A stretch of DNA of 64,000 bases from Alloascoidea hylecoeti (taxonomy: Eukaryota): contig BCKZ01000017.1 of assembly GCA_001600815.1 (NCBI GenBank), positions 473,970-537,969 of the forward strand. Reading direction: 5' to 3'. A program made the translations under genes and the position numbers. This document shows, one piece after another, positions 47,316-59,130 of this stretch (its first letter is position 1; each line of letters begins with the position of its first letter). The notes beneath the pieces were generated by a model. That model worked only from the letters and a program-made list of their open reading frames with translations. It did no database searches and was not told the DNA's origin.

Positions 47316-48437
47316 ATGTCTGCTCCTCTCGACGCTTCAAAGCTCAAAATCACAAAGTCAACCTTTCAGAAACCATGTCCTCCCAAAGATCAATTGACTT
47401 TTGGTAAGGACTTCACTAGTCATATGCTTTCAATTGAATGGGATATCAATTCTGGTTGGGCTGATCCTGAAATCAAACCATACGGCCCATTATCTTTAGA
47501 TCCCGCCGCATGTGTTTTCCAATATGGATTTGAATTGTTTGAAGGTATGAAAGCCTATAGAGATAAAGATAATAATATTCGTCTCTTTAGACCTTCTAAG
47601 AACATGTCAAGAATGAATAAATCTGCTGAAAGTATTTGTTTACCAAATTTTAATGGTGATGAACTTATTGAATTGATAGGTAAATTAATTGATTTGGATA
47701 AAGATTTTGTCCCTGAAGGTCGTGGTTATTCTTTATATATAAGACCGACTCTTATTGGAACCACTTCTAAACTTGGCGTTGGTGCTCCTGATAAAGCATT
47801 ACTCTACGTTATCTGTTTTCGAGCTGGGCCTTATTATAAAACTGCTTTAAAATTAGAAGCTACGGATTACGCTGTTAGAGCATGGCCAGGAGGTGTTGGT
47901 GATAAAAAACTTGGTGGTAATTATTCCCCTTGTATCAAACCACAATTAGAAGCTTCTTCAAGAGGTTATCAACAAAACTTATGGTTATTTGGACCTAAAC
48001 ATTACATCACTGAAGCTGGTATAATGAACTTCTTTGTTGTTATTGCTGATGAATCAGGTAAAAAAGAATTAATTACTGCTCCTTTGGATGGAACCATTTT
48101 GGAGGGTGTTACAAGAGACTCTGTAATTACTTTAGCAAAAGAAAGATTAGATCCTAAAATTTGGACTATTTCTGAGAGATATTGCACTATTGGTGAACTT
48201 ATAGAAGCTTCCAAAAAAGGTTTACTCGTTGAAGCATTTTGTGCTGGAACCGGTGCTATAATTAGTCCAATTGAAGCAATTGGATGGCATGGTAAAGATA
48301 TTGAAGTTCCTTTACAACCTGGTAAACACATTGGTGAATTGACTGAAAAAGTTGCTGAGTGGATTTATAAAATACAATACGGTGAAGAATCAAGTGAATG
48401 GAGTGTTGTTGTTTCTTCTTCTTCTTTGAATTTATAA
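47316..48437 (+). CDS. Branched-chain amino acid aminotransferase, cytosolic type (BAT1/BAT2 family)
   Basis: MSAPLDASKLKIT, FEGMKAY, YIRPTLIG, RAWPGGVGDKKLGGNY, ILEGVTRDS; no mitochondrial leader. Confidence 0.93.
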   Translation: MSAPLDASKLKITKSTFQKPCPPKDQLTFGKDFTSHMLSIEWDINSGWADPEIKPYGPLSLDPAACVFQYGFELFEGMKAYRDKDNNIRLFRPSKNMSRMNKSAESICLPNFNGDELIELIGKLIDLDKDFVPEGRGYSLYIRPTLIGTTSKLGVGAPDKALLYVICFRAGPYYKTALKLEATDYAVRAWPGGVGDKKLGGNYSPCIKPQLEASSRGYQQNLWLFGPKHYITEAGIMNFFVVIADESGKKELITAPLDGTILEGVTRDSVITLAKERLDPKIWTISERYCTIGELIEASKKGLLVEAFCAGTGAIISPIEAIGWHGKDIEVPLQPGKHIGELTEKVAEWIYKIQYGEESSEWSVVVSSSSLNL

Positions 48438-48581
48438 TACATTAGCTAGTATAATATTATAGTACTCAAAAGTTACATAATACAAATACAAATATAAATA
48501 TTTATCGATTATTTGCTACCTTATGATGTTCTTTTTTCTGTTAACATTTTATTGTTAAATTTCAAATCTTCAGATATCTAA

Positions 48582-49226
48582 TTAAAGGGCAAAGATTGCA
48601 AGTGCAATTGCTCCAATTAATGAAGAGGTTGATCTTCCTAAGTAAGAAGCACCATTGACAGGGGTGACGGCAGGGATTGATGAAGGTGAATTTGGTGTAG
48701 CAGTGGTTGAGGTAGAAGACGAAGCAGAGGCAGAACTATCGGCGGAGGATAAATAAGCTCGCTTTTCAATAGTTAAAGGAATACAACCAGGTTCGGCTTC
48801 ACCAGGTGTTTCATAGTAAATAATTTGATAGATTTGCTTAGAGTAATTATAAGGATCATTAGTGTTTTTGCATGCGTAAAATACATTTGAAGAACCATTA
48901 ATGTTTAAAATATCGTTCTCAAAGGTGCAAGAGGTTGTCTCATCAAAACCGGGAGTATTTACAAGCTGATTGACTTCAATTTTGAGGGTAACAGGCCCAC
49001 CAGCGATCCTTTCAGCATGAATATAACCAGTAGAAGAATTATATTGAAGGGGTTCAGCACCAGAGCCTAAAAAGTAGTAATTAACTGCTGCACCTTCATG
49101 GGTTGAATAGAGACCTTTTCCAGCAATGGAAGAGTCTTCAGATTTGGCCCACAACCCAATATCAAATATTTCAGCGGAAGTAATTGCTGAGAATGACAAA
49201 ATAGAAGCAATTGTAGAGAATTTCAT
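48582..49226 (-). CDS. GPI-anchored cell wall protein, Rhd3/Pga29-31-like
   Basis: Signal peptide; HEGAAVNYYFLG and FYACKNTNDPYNYS motifs; Ser/Thr stalk; omega site NGA plus hydrophobic tail. Confidence 0.85.
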   Translation of the reverse strand: MKFSTIASILSFSAITSAEIFDIGLWAKSEDSSIAGKGLYSTHEGAAVNYYFLGSGAEPLQYNSSTGYIHAERIAGGPVTLKIEVNQLVNTPGFDETTSCTFENDILNINGSSNVFYACKNTNDPYNYSKQIYQIIYYETPGEAEPGCIPLTIEKRAYLSSADSSASASSSTSTTATPNSPSSIPAVTPVNGASYLGRSTSSLIGAIALAIFAL

Positions 49227-51223
49227 CGTAAAATCTAAAATAGGTATATCAACTTAGAGTAAGGATAAAAACTATGATGAATAATTAAAAAGGGATATAT
49301 CATTGTTATTTATATAAGAAAAACAATTTATGAGTGATATATAATGAATATATATAAATTATTTTTAGAATATTTTTGAAAACCTTTATAATCTAACTTT
49401 ATATTTTTGAACACAATTGCAAACTTTATGGTTGAGTTTAAATTCTATCTATGTGGCCATTCGACTCCACTCGAGTGTTAATATTTATGTTTCTGAGTTT
49501 AATAGAAAACCTTAATCCAATTACATTATCGAGTAGCAAGAGTATACTTGATTAATTTTTCTGTTTGCAGCAACAAAGTATTAATGAAGTATTAATAAAC
49601 GATGTCATGACACTGATTATAATCCATCAAATGAAATAGAAAGACAGGCATAAGATAGACTCTTTTCATTGTAACCATTTAAATTTATATATGTAACTAT
49701 AACTTAGTCTTCTACAGGAAAGAAGATAGATGCTTGAATAAAATAAAAAACTTTAACTCAATTATCACTTTGTTAGTAAATACCAAGTTTGAGAGCAAGT
49801 TATCGATATCGAGAGCGATACCTGGAAAGTGACTGGATTGTAGGTTTGTGTGTGTATTTTTTAAAAATTTAAAAATTATGACATATATTTAACAATCGTG
49901 TTGCATTATCTTGTTAATAATTTAGTAATAGATATATGTATACCCGGTATATTTACAACTAAATACAAAATATATGGTTATTTAATTAATTATTAATAAA
50001 TGGTTGCTTATAATTAAGCTTAATCGTTTACAATATATTTTATTAAAAAGAGAACGAATTTCCAGTTGAATTGTTTTAGTCTTAAATAACAATTTCAACT
50101 AGTTAATTTCATATATTTTATATAAAAATGGTACAGGTTATAATTATTTATAATTGAATTATAAAAGTGTATAATTAGTTATAATATTGCTTTAAACCCA
50201 CAACAGTGTACTTGTGATTAGGAATAAGCCATCAGGTACTTCTTTCTTAATTATCAATTAATATTTTAGAGCATATATATTCAACGAACATAATTCTTGT
50301 TCCATGACATTATATTAAATATCTTGGAGTACAATGAAAACCTCAGAAGGATTATATGGCATCATGTATTAATACTAATAAAATAATACTAATGATTAAA
50401 AAAAATTTATCATTTGGCAATTATTGAGATGACAACGCTGTTGAAAGACCAAATAAAGTCAACCTAGAAATTCAGGATATATTACTATTAATTTAATTAA
50501 AAGAAAAGCTATTCAACCTGTTCCCAATGATGTTGGAGTGTGTCTGGTATGATAATTACGTAGAAAACTAAAAGGAAAATCATGTAGAATTGGTAATAAA
50601 GGAATCTAATGTGTAGCATTCTAAACTAATGATGAGAAATGAATATAAATGGCATGTATTAATGCTTTTCATACATTCTTAATGACATTCAATATAAAGA
50701 TTCATTTTTCACTTTTATTCTTTTCAAATAACGATCATTAATTTCACATTTGTGTGTGTTATATAAGGTGAGATACTTTTTCAGTATGGACCTTTTGCAA
50801 TGGAAAATTAAACAAAGGAAGTGCTAAGTTAAGTAAGTAACTGATACCTATGATATTGTATGTTGAGGAAATGTAATGGAGTGATTTTTTCATCTTTTCT
50901 GAAATGTATGGTTCATTAATGATGTGAAAGAATAAATATAATTGTATATATTAGCTGCTTGAATTAGAGTAAAAATGATAATTTAAACTTAAATAAGAAT
51001 CTAGTAAATGAATATATTTTGTGATTGCCATAGCTATAATAAGGTGATAATGAATTATATAAATGAAACCAACCAAATTAAGCAACAATATAATAAAATA
51101 TATATATATATATATAAAAACATTTAACAACTAAATAAATTAAAAAACCCATACAAAAACAAAAACAAAAACAAAAACAATCGTAAAGTAATACTTTTCT
51201 AAAATTTTCTATATTTTTTTTAA

Positions 51224-52555
51224 TCAATTATCATTAAGACTTCTCCAACCATCCCTAACCAATTTCCATTTAATTTCATCATTACTAGTATTCCCATTAT
51301 TATCATTTTTATTTTTGCTGCTATTTTTATTAAATTTTTTAATTTGATCATTTTCATCATCTTCAATAATTATATATTTTTCCCATTTTTGTTGATTTTT
51401 CCAAACTATTGTAACTGAATCTTCAGAAGTCCAACCCAATGTACCAAAATCATTATCAATTATTGAAGAATTTCCTCCTGAATTTCCTGTTGCTGATGGT
51501 GAATCAACTCTAATTGAACAAAAAGACCAAGTTGATGAGAAATAACGAGGTAATAAAGGTACATTATTTAATAAATGATGTTTATTATGAGATGATCCCA
51601 TACCCATTTCATTATCATTTGAATCATTACTATCAATTGTTAAATCAATGTTGTAAATATGTAAGGTTTTTTTATCACTTAGGACTGCAAGCCTTGTACC
51701 TAAGGGGCTGAAACTCATTGAATAAATATCAGCACGGTCAAGACCTCTTCTGAATTCATAAAGTAAAGAAGTTGATGATGTTGAATGAATACGGATTATT
51801 GTACCGGTTTCACTTGCACTTGCGATCATTGTACCTGATCGGTTTAGGGCAAGGCAACGGATTGTTGATTTATGGGCGCGGATTATTGAAATTAGGTTAC
51901 GTTCTTGACCTTCTGGGCTTATGTCAACAAGTTGGATTTGACCTTCAGATATTGATGGAAATGCTAAAATATGAGAAGATTTAATTTTGGTAGAAGTTGG
52001 TGGATTTGAAGAAGTTGTTAAATTTGAAGTTAATGATGATGGAGAAATTGAAGAATTTAATCCATAACTTAAAGCGACAATTCCATATTTATTTTGAAAA
52101 GTTTCATAACTTATAATTAAAGATGGTGGGATTGAAAAGGTATAAATAAATATTTTATTTTTTAAAATAATAATTATTTTTGTACGAGATAATAAAACAT
52201 TTAAAATTGGAGAAAAAAATTCTAAATTTAACGAATCTTGCTTTTTTAAATCATCCCATATGATTAGTTTATTTTCAGGATACTGTGGGTTGCGTCCGCC
52301 TCCAACTAATGCTAAGTAGTTTGTACGATATAACATTGTGATTATTCCAATACCTCCTTTTGTTGTTGGTGAGGTCGACGATGAGGTTGGGGATCTGAAT
52401 TCTCTTTTCACTTTTAAATCAGGCGGGTCGGAGTTGTAGACCCGGAAGCCGTTTTCGGTTCCAAGGGCAAAGCACTGCTGGTCTTGGTTGAAGGAAACAC
52501 AAAGGATTCTGTTTTCATTGTTGATGGAGTCCGGAATGGGGCTGCGTGTGATCAT
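51224..52555 (-). CDS. HSV2: PROPPIN WD40 phosphoinositide-binding protein (Atg18 family)
   Basis: True start MITRSPI at 52555; SFNQDQQCF..GFRVYN.DP, MLYRTNYLALVGGG, ASASETGTIIRI, FRRG, SDKKTLHI. Confidence 0.88.
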   Translation of the reverse strand: MITRSPIPDSINNENRILCVSFNQDQQCFALGTENGFRVYNSDPPDLKVKREFRSPTSSSTSPTTKGGIGIITMLYRTNYLALVGGGRNPQYPENKLIIWDDLKKQDSLNLEFFSPILNVLLSRTKIIIILKNKIFIYTFSIPPSLIISYETFQNKYGIVALSYGLNSSISPSSLTSNLTTSSNPPTSTKIKSSHILAFPSISEGQIQLVDISPEGQERNLISIIRAHKSTIRCLALNRSGTMIASASETGTIIRIHSTSSTSLLYEFRRGLDRADIYSMSFSPLGTRLAVLSDKKTLHIYNIDLTIDSNDSNDNEMGMGSSHNKHHLLNNVPLLPRYFSSTWSFCSIRVDSPSATGNSGGNSSIIDNDFGTLGWTSEDSVTIVWKNQQKWEKYIIIEDDENDQIKKFNKNSSKNKNDNNGNTSNDEIKWKLVRDGWRSLNDN

Positions 52556-52672
52556 TGTGGACAAGCACGGTAATGGAGCAGCGACACATAGGAGGCAGGG
52601 AGGCACTGTTACCCGGATCCGCACTAACACTGGTGAGTTTGTAGGAAACACACTCTCCAAGTAATCAGACAG

Positions 52673-54751
52673 ATGGCTGGGAACAACGGAATCCAGTGGC
52701 TGGCGAGTCTCCAGCAGCACACGGCACGGCCCCGGCTGGCCCAGCCCCACACCAACTTTGGGGTGCTGGGTGCCCCTCCTCCACCCCAGCCCGGGCCCCA
52801 GCACACTTCCTTCAACGCACAGGCCACCATGGCACACGTGCCCTCCGTGCCCTCTCTGGTCCCCCAACAACACGTGGGGCACCCCCTCGTCCACCCCCAA
52901 CCACACGTGGGGCACGTGCCGCAGGATGACTTCTTCCTGTACCCTCAACAGCTCACAAAACAAGAAGTTTCCGTCTACACAAGGTGGTTCAATGATATTC
53001 AAATAACCAGGGCCAATAGTGTTTCATTCCAAGAAACTCTTAATTTTATGCTAAATTTCAATTTAACTTCTGAAATGATTTCAAAAATTAAAAAAATTTG
53101 GCCTCCTAGTATTTCGATTCTATCAATTGGTCAATTTTATGCATTATTAAGAATAATTGCTCATGTTATTGATAATTATAACGAAAATAATGACATTTCC
53201 AAGGATCTAATATTTCAAATTCCTAAAATTCCAAATCCAAAATCGATTATTGCAAAAAATAAGTATGAAGAACCTATTGCTGAACCCATTGTTGATGATA
53301 CTATTGGTAATCCATTTAGAAATTTATTTTCTAAAAAGCAATCACATCATGAACACGAAGAAGAAATACAAGAAAATGGTAATGGTAATGGTAATGGTAA
53401 TGGGAATACTTCATTAGATATAGATATGTTTCAAAAAATCCTATTAACTGGTGATTCACCAAATGGTAAACATAAATTATCAAACGATAAGCATAACAAA
53501 AGAAAAAGAAAAAGAGTTACATTTGATTCATCAATCCCAAATAATGATACAAATGAGAATAATAATGTTAATGTTAGTGTTAATGAATCTGGAATTATTG
53601 ATTTTTCATTACCAATGAATCAATTATTAGGTAAAGTTCCTCCACAAAGAGGTATATTAACCCCACCAACTGTTAGTTTTAACTCAAATTCAAATGTACC
53701 TAAAATATCTTTTGGTAATAATGAAGATGATGAAGAATTAAAAGATATGGAAGATTCAATAAATCATTTTAAAAATGTTAATATTGATAGTGTTTTATAT
53801 CATGGAGTTTCATCAAATATTCCATCAAATTTTTTTATTAATGATAATCCATCTCCATCATTATCTCCATCACCTTCTCCTTCTCCTGATTTGAATTTAT
53901 CTAATCAAGTAACTGGTTCATCGTTAACTAATCAAACTACTGGTTCATCATTTAATAATTTTAATTTAAATTCTGGTTTAAGTATTTCAAATCCAAGAGT
54001 TTCACCATCTCCATCATTAAGTTCAATAAATAACGGATTAGGAATTCAACCACCACCACCTAGGAAATCAATATCTCAATCCGAATCATTATTATCATTA
54101 CAAACTTTAGGTTCTAACTCTAACTCTAACTCTACTTTTAATTCTAATTCTAACTCTAATTCTAATTCTAATTCATTTCCAAAACCTCCCCCACCTCCAT
54201 CACGGCATCGATGTCAAAATCAAACTTCAACGTCAACATCAACTTCAACATTTCAAAATAATGGAAGTGGGAATGGAGTTGGTTTAAGGGTACCTCCTCC
54301 TCCACCACCATCAAGATCAAGAAATCGTGGACGTACGAATTCATTACAACAAGTTCCAAATCGAGTTCCTAATCCATTTCCAAATTTCAATCAAAATCCT
54401 AATCCTACTCAAAATCAAAGTCAAAATCAGAGTCAAAATCAGAGTCAAAATCAGAGTCGAAATCAAAATCAAAACTTAAATGTAAGTAATATATGGAACC
54501 AATCAGTTATCCAATCACAATCGATGAATCCATATAATTATTCATATTCTAAATCAGATACAAATTTAAATTTAAATCAACAACAACAACAACAACAACA
54601 ACAATTTACAAATGGAATTGAAAATGGAAATGGATCATCATCAATAATGAATAATAATGAAATTACTGCATCTTCTGATATACTTGATGATTTAAAAGCA
54701 TTACAAGCAGAAGTTGATAGAATAAATCAAATAACTAATGGAAATTATTAA
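52673..54751 (+). CDS. SCD5: Scd5-like endocytosis/PP1-targeting protein
   Basis: QLTKQEVSVYTRWFNDI...LSIGQFYALLRIIAH; RVxF motif KRVTF; NPF motifs; Pro-rich tracts; C-terminal DILDDLKALQAEVDRI. Confidence 0.75.
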   Translation: MAGNNGIQWLASLQQHTARPRLAQPHTNFGVLGAPPPPQPGPQHTSFNAQATMAHVPSVPSLVPQQHVGHPLVHPQPHVGHVPQDDFFLYPQQLTKQEVSVYTRWFNDIQITRANSVSFQETLNFMLNFNLTSEMISKIKKIWPPSISILSIGQFYALLRIIAHVIDNYNENNDISKDLIFQIPKIPNPKSIIAKNKYEEPIAEPIVDDTIGNPFRNLFSKKQSHHEHEEEIQENGNGNGNGNGNTSLDIDMFQKILLTGDSPNGKHKLSNDKHNKRKRKRVTFDSSIPNNDTNENNNVNVSVNESGIIDFSLPMNQLLGKVPPQRGILTPPTVSFNSNSNVPKISFGNNEDDEELKDMEDSINHFKNVNIDSVLYHGVSSNIPSNFFINDNPSPSLSPSPSPSPDLNLSNQVTGSSLTNQTTGSSFNNFNLNSGLSISNPRVSPSPSLSSINNGLGIQPPPPRKSISQSESLLSLQTLGSNSNSNSTFNSNSNSNSNSNSFPKPPPPPSRHRCQNQTSTSTSTSTFQNNGSGNGVGLRVPPPPPPSRSRNRGRTNSLQQVPNRVPNPFPNFNQNPNPTQNQSQNQSQNQSQNQSRNQNQNLNVSNIWNQSVIQSQSMNPYNYSYSKSDTNLNLNQQQQQQQQQFTNGIENGNGSSSIMNNNEITASSDILDDLKALQAEVDRINQITNGNY

Positions 54752-55980
54752 ACTTTGCCATTATATTAAGATTGGTAACGTTATTTTTAGATGCTTAGAT
54801 GGTTTAGATTCTTAAGTGGGGTTGATGGTTACGTTTGATGTATATGGTTTGACGGTTGTATTTATAATTCATATAGTTATGTTACAGATTATATATTCAT
54901 GTTAATATTTTATATTTATATTTATTTTATAGTTTATTAAATAAAATTAGTTTTCATTAGATTGCTCTCTTTCTAGATTATCAAAACATTTTAGGTAATT
55001 GAAACTGAAATTGAAATTAAAAATGGGACATCTTATATCAAAATAATCAAAAAGGTAAAAAAAAAAAAAAATATGTAAGATTATAATCGTAGAATATGAA
55101 TGATAATTCAGAAAGATAAAATAAAATAAAATAAAATAAGACAAGGTTTTCCTTTTCAAAATTTCTCAGATATATACAGCCCTCTTAAATAAAAGATTTG
55201 CACAATACAAAATACCTGGGCGTGAACATTGAGTAATCCATATTAAACACCCTATAAGACTCGTTGATCTTCAGTAGTATCAGATTCAACTTATTTGTCA
55301 ATTACTTTCAATGTTGTAATTCATGATAATCTTTTGCCATACTTTTAAATACTAATACTCCTGGTTTTGTTTAACTAAGGCTTACTTTTCTTTCATTCCG
55401 GTAACATGAGATTAAAAATCAATGTTAAGGAGAAAGATCTGTGCTTGTTAAATTTTAAGTTCAGGTTGGTTAATAGTATTAAGCAAATTTTCTGATTTTA
55501 TAATTACATTCCTTTGTTTATCACCAATTACTTAATTAGCACTTCAGGTATTACCCGGCTCTATCCTAAATGAAGATTACACAAGTATAGAATTATCAAT
55601 TAAAGAGGAAGAAGAGAGTTGAAAAATGAAAATCTCACAAGATTATTGTATAAACATGATTATATGAAGATGATTTTTGTTTTATAGTTGTTGGAAATAT
55701 GTAAATAAGTATCCATATTTATATTATAGGAATCTATTTAACTATCTACAGCATACGTCAATTTTTAGGCTTAAAGGTTATAATGTTATTACACTATTAT
55801 TAATACTGTAAAATACTTGTTAATTTTATAAATTATATAGTTTACTAGTTATAGTAGTATATTATAAAACTTCAATTGAAATCTCTTTAATCTCAGCGTT
55901 TAACTAATATTCATGTTCATTTAAATTAAAAAAGATTGATATATATATATATATATATATATATATTTCCCTTGATTGCT

Positions 55981-57124
55981 TAGTAAAATCAAAAATAAAG
56001 ATTTCATTCTTAGTAAAAACAGCTATTCTTTTCGAATCAGCACAAATTGAAAACGGATCTAATTTTTTTGAATCTTTTTTTTTTTTGATATCCTATAAAT
56101 TTTTGATCATCTATATTATAAATCCAAATAATGAAATTATAACTAATAGCAATCATTTTATTATCAACTATACATAGATCTGATGTTGGTTGATCTAAAA
56201 TATCTATTATTTTAATTTTTTGTAAATCTCGAATTGTTATTTTGTTATATGTACTAGTAAATAAATATTGTTCATTTACTGTGATGCGTGTTGTAGAATT
56301 CGAAAACGAATCATAGTTAAATTCTTGGATTATTTGACCAGTTTCAATGTTTTTCGTCCTCACAATATTATCTTCTGAACTATATATTTTATTCACATTC
56401 TGAATGGTGTTGTAAATCAAATTGTAGTTGATCTAAATTATCAATACTTGATTTCCAAAAATAAATACAAGAAATCTCAAAACATACAATATAATCCTTG
56501 TATGAAGCAACATGATTTACAAATAAATGAGAATAGTTTTGTGATGCTACCATTAAACGATGTGTTGCTTGAAAATCTGGTAATTCCAAATTATACATAT
56601 GAACCAGAAACCAAATATTTATCATTAATATCAATACAAATAACACCACCCAAATGAAATTTAATATCAATATTTTTTGTTAATTCTAATATTTCTCTTC
56701 TTGATAAATTTTCTTTTAAAATCTTAGGATTCGATTTACCTAATATTTTTAAACATTTATATGTTTCATTATTCCAAACTTTAATTGTACCATCTTTTGA
56801 ACCAGTCAACACCCAATTTTTAAAAATTTGTATATCCATCATTTTTCCAATTTGATTTTAAAATGGAACGTTTTTTATATAATTCATACCATGAATTAGT
56901 TTCTAAATCATCATTATAATATTTCCAAGATTTTTGTTGAAATTTTGGTTTCTATAAATCATCACTATCAATTCTTTGTTTCCATAATTTCGAAACTCTT
57001 CTACAACTAATTAAAGTTATTGGCAAATCTGAAAATATCCTTTCAGATATTCATCAGGGAGATAAGAAACAAAACTATTATTAGTCTCAATATTTCTCTG
57101 TAAGGAGATGCTGGTAAAGAACAT
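55981..57124 (-). pseudogene. F-box/WD40 family copy 4 (multiple frameshifts)
   Basis: Fragments WVLTGSKDGTIKVWNNETYKCLKILGKSNPKILKENLSRREILELTKNIDIKFHL, KNIETGQIIQEF, DQPTSDLCIVDNK collinear with the intact copy. Confidence 0.9.
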
Positions 57125-57930
57125 GCTGAAAATGTTAGAATGGTTATTGCGTTCGCGGTTTGTACCTACGTACCAGATCAACAGTTTGAGGAAAGGTAAT
57201 CATTTAAGTGGGCATTGTGGAGATCAGCCTTATAATTTGGAAAGTCTCGTCTGCATCCTCCCTGCGCTAGTTTTTCTAATTATAGATCTTGATAGTAGCT
57301 TTGATAGCAATAATGAGTAGGAATTTGTTTCTATTAATAAAAGCTATTGTTGCAGATAAGATTGAAATAAACGTGATACTCAGTTAAGTTCAATATTTAT
57401 CTACTAAAACATCACAGCGTGTGAAGAAAATAATCTCAAAAGGAGTTGTTTCTGGACATCTAGTAAGCTTGCAATATGGTGGCAATATCCCTTAAATAAC
57501 TTCATAATATGAGGGCTCATTTTAGATGTTTGTCGCAATGTTACATATTCGATTATTTAAGTAAGTCTTATTGCTATTAATCACACTTAAAATGTAAATA
57601 TATAAAAATAATCATTAGTAACTTTAGAAAGACCAATATATCTGCCATTCGTAATCATAACAAGTTTGAAGAATTCACATTGCTACTCGAATGATACTTC
57701 GAAAAGATAGTATCCAAAAATGGTTTTGTAATTGTTTTGGCTTACTCCTAAATAAAAATAATAGTTGATGATCTTTTCAAAGTAGGAATATATAACATCA
57801 AAAGCCATATTGCAATTACAGAGCACATAATACCAACTCATGCATTACTTGTGATATATTTAGTTTTCAATATTTTTGTAATTACTATTTTTAGGAAGAT
57901 GATACCTTTGTGTGCCATTTATCAATTTCC

Positions 57931-59130
57931 TTAAAAATAGAGTGGATTGGTTGCAAATCCAAAATGTTCAGTACTAATTTTATTTTTCACAGTTATATTC
58001 TTATGTTGGTGTAGCCATTTATATCTNATATAGAGTGGATTATGAACTGGTACTCCACTATATGAACTATCACCGTACTTTGCTGTGCAATTTATATAAT
58101 CATCNACAGTCTCGTTGGTTTGTAACATTGTAGTAGAATTTAAACCAATTATTCGAGTATCATGTGTGCCACAACTGAAAAGGTAAAAATCTGCAATATC
58201 CATTTCGCTATTCGTGTGAGTAAATGAACTATGATCAGTAGCGCTGAATAGTTTTGGGCCTGTTAGTAAATCTAACCATGGAACTCCATTCACCTTACTA
58301 TCTTCAAAATCTATAAAAGTAGTTGTATTTTCAATTGTAACCTCAAGAAAATGAATCATTTCTGTTGTCATTATTCCATCTTCTATAGTACCATTTATTA
58401 GACCAACAAATGCACTCTTTACCCAGTCATCTTCTTGACCACCAAAATCAAATGATGTTGTTTGGTGCCAATGATAAATTGATAATTTATATTATAATAC
58501 TTTTTAATGGATCATAGATGTCTATAGTAAAATACTCCTTATCTATTAATAACTGTCGTAATATGCTGTGTTCAGAAGTGCGATAATTAATAAAACCTTC
58601 CTCTTCTTCTCTATCCTTGATTATATTTGACAATCTTGAAGTATATGACCCATTAGGGATCGATACGAATGGTACAGGGACGTAATCAAGTTCTATTTCA
58701 CTAGCTCTAAATATAGTTGAAAACCCACCTGTGTTAATTAATGAATGGTTTTCATGGTAAAATGCTGCTTCATTTAACGGTGGGAGAGGATGGAGGGGAT
58801 CAAATTCAAGATCATAAAGAGATATACTTTGATTATTAAACTCTTCTTCTATTTTGAGTTGTTTCGCCATTTCAGCAGAGTATAGCCCCATCATAATATC
58901 CTCACTACTAAGCAATTCATTTACTCTACTTGGTCGTCCATTAGGATGCAAAGGATGCTCATCATAAAAATGAGCCCATGCGTACATCTGATTTGTGAAT
59001 TGAGCATTGATAAGTGAATCACCAGTTTCATTAACATAAAGCCTTGTACCATACTCTTCTGATTCTGGATTTGGTAAGATCAGCACAGGATTAGTTCCAT
59101 AAAGAATGGGAATACTAAGAAAAATCTAGA
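57931..59130 (-). pseudogene. Large orphan gene, frameshifted near 58487 (or assembly error)
   Basis: Two contiguous ORFs (199 aa and 146 aa plus linking YHWHQTTSFDFGGQEDDWVKSAFVGLING); two N bases show locally uncertain assembly. Confidence 0.5.

Noticed and set aside
52556..53002. 149-aa N-terminal extension of HSV2 overlapping SCD5
   Set aside because: Starts at TTG, is antisense to SCD5 and is open because of local GC richness; homology begins at the Met at 52555
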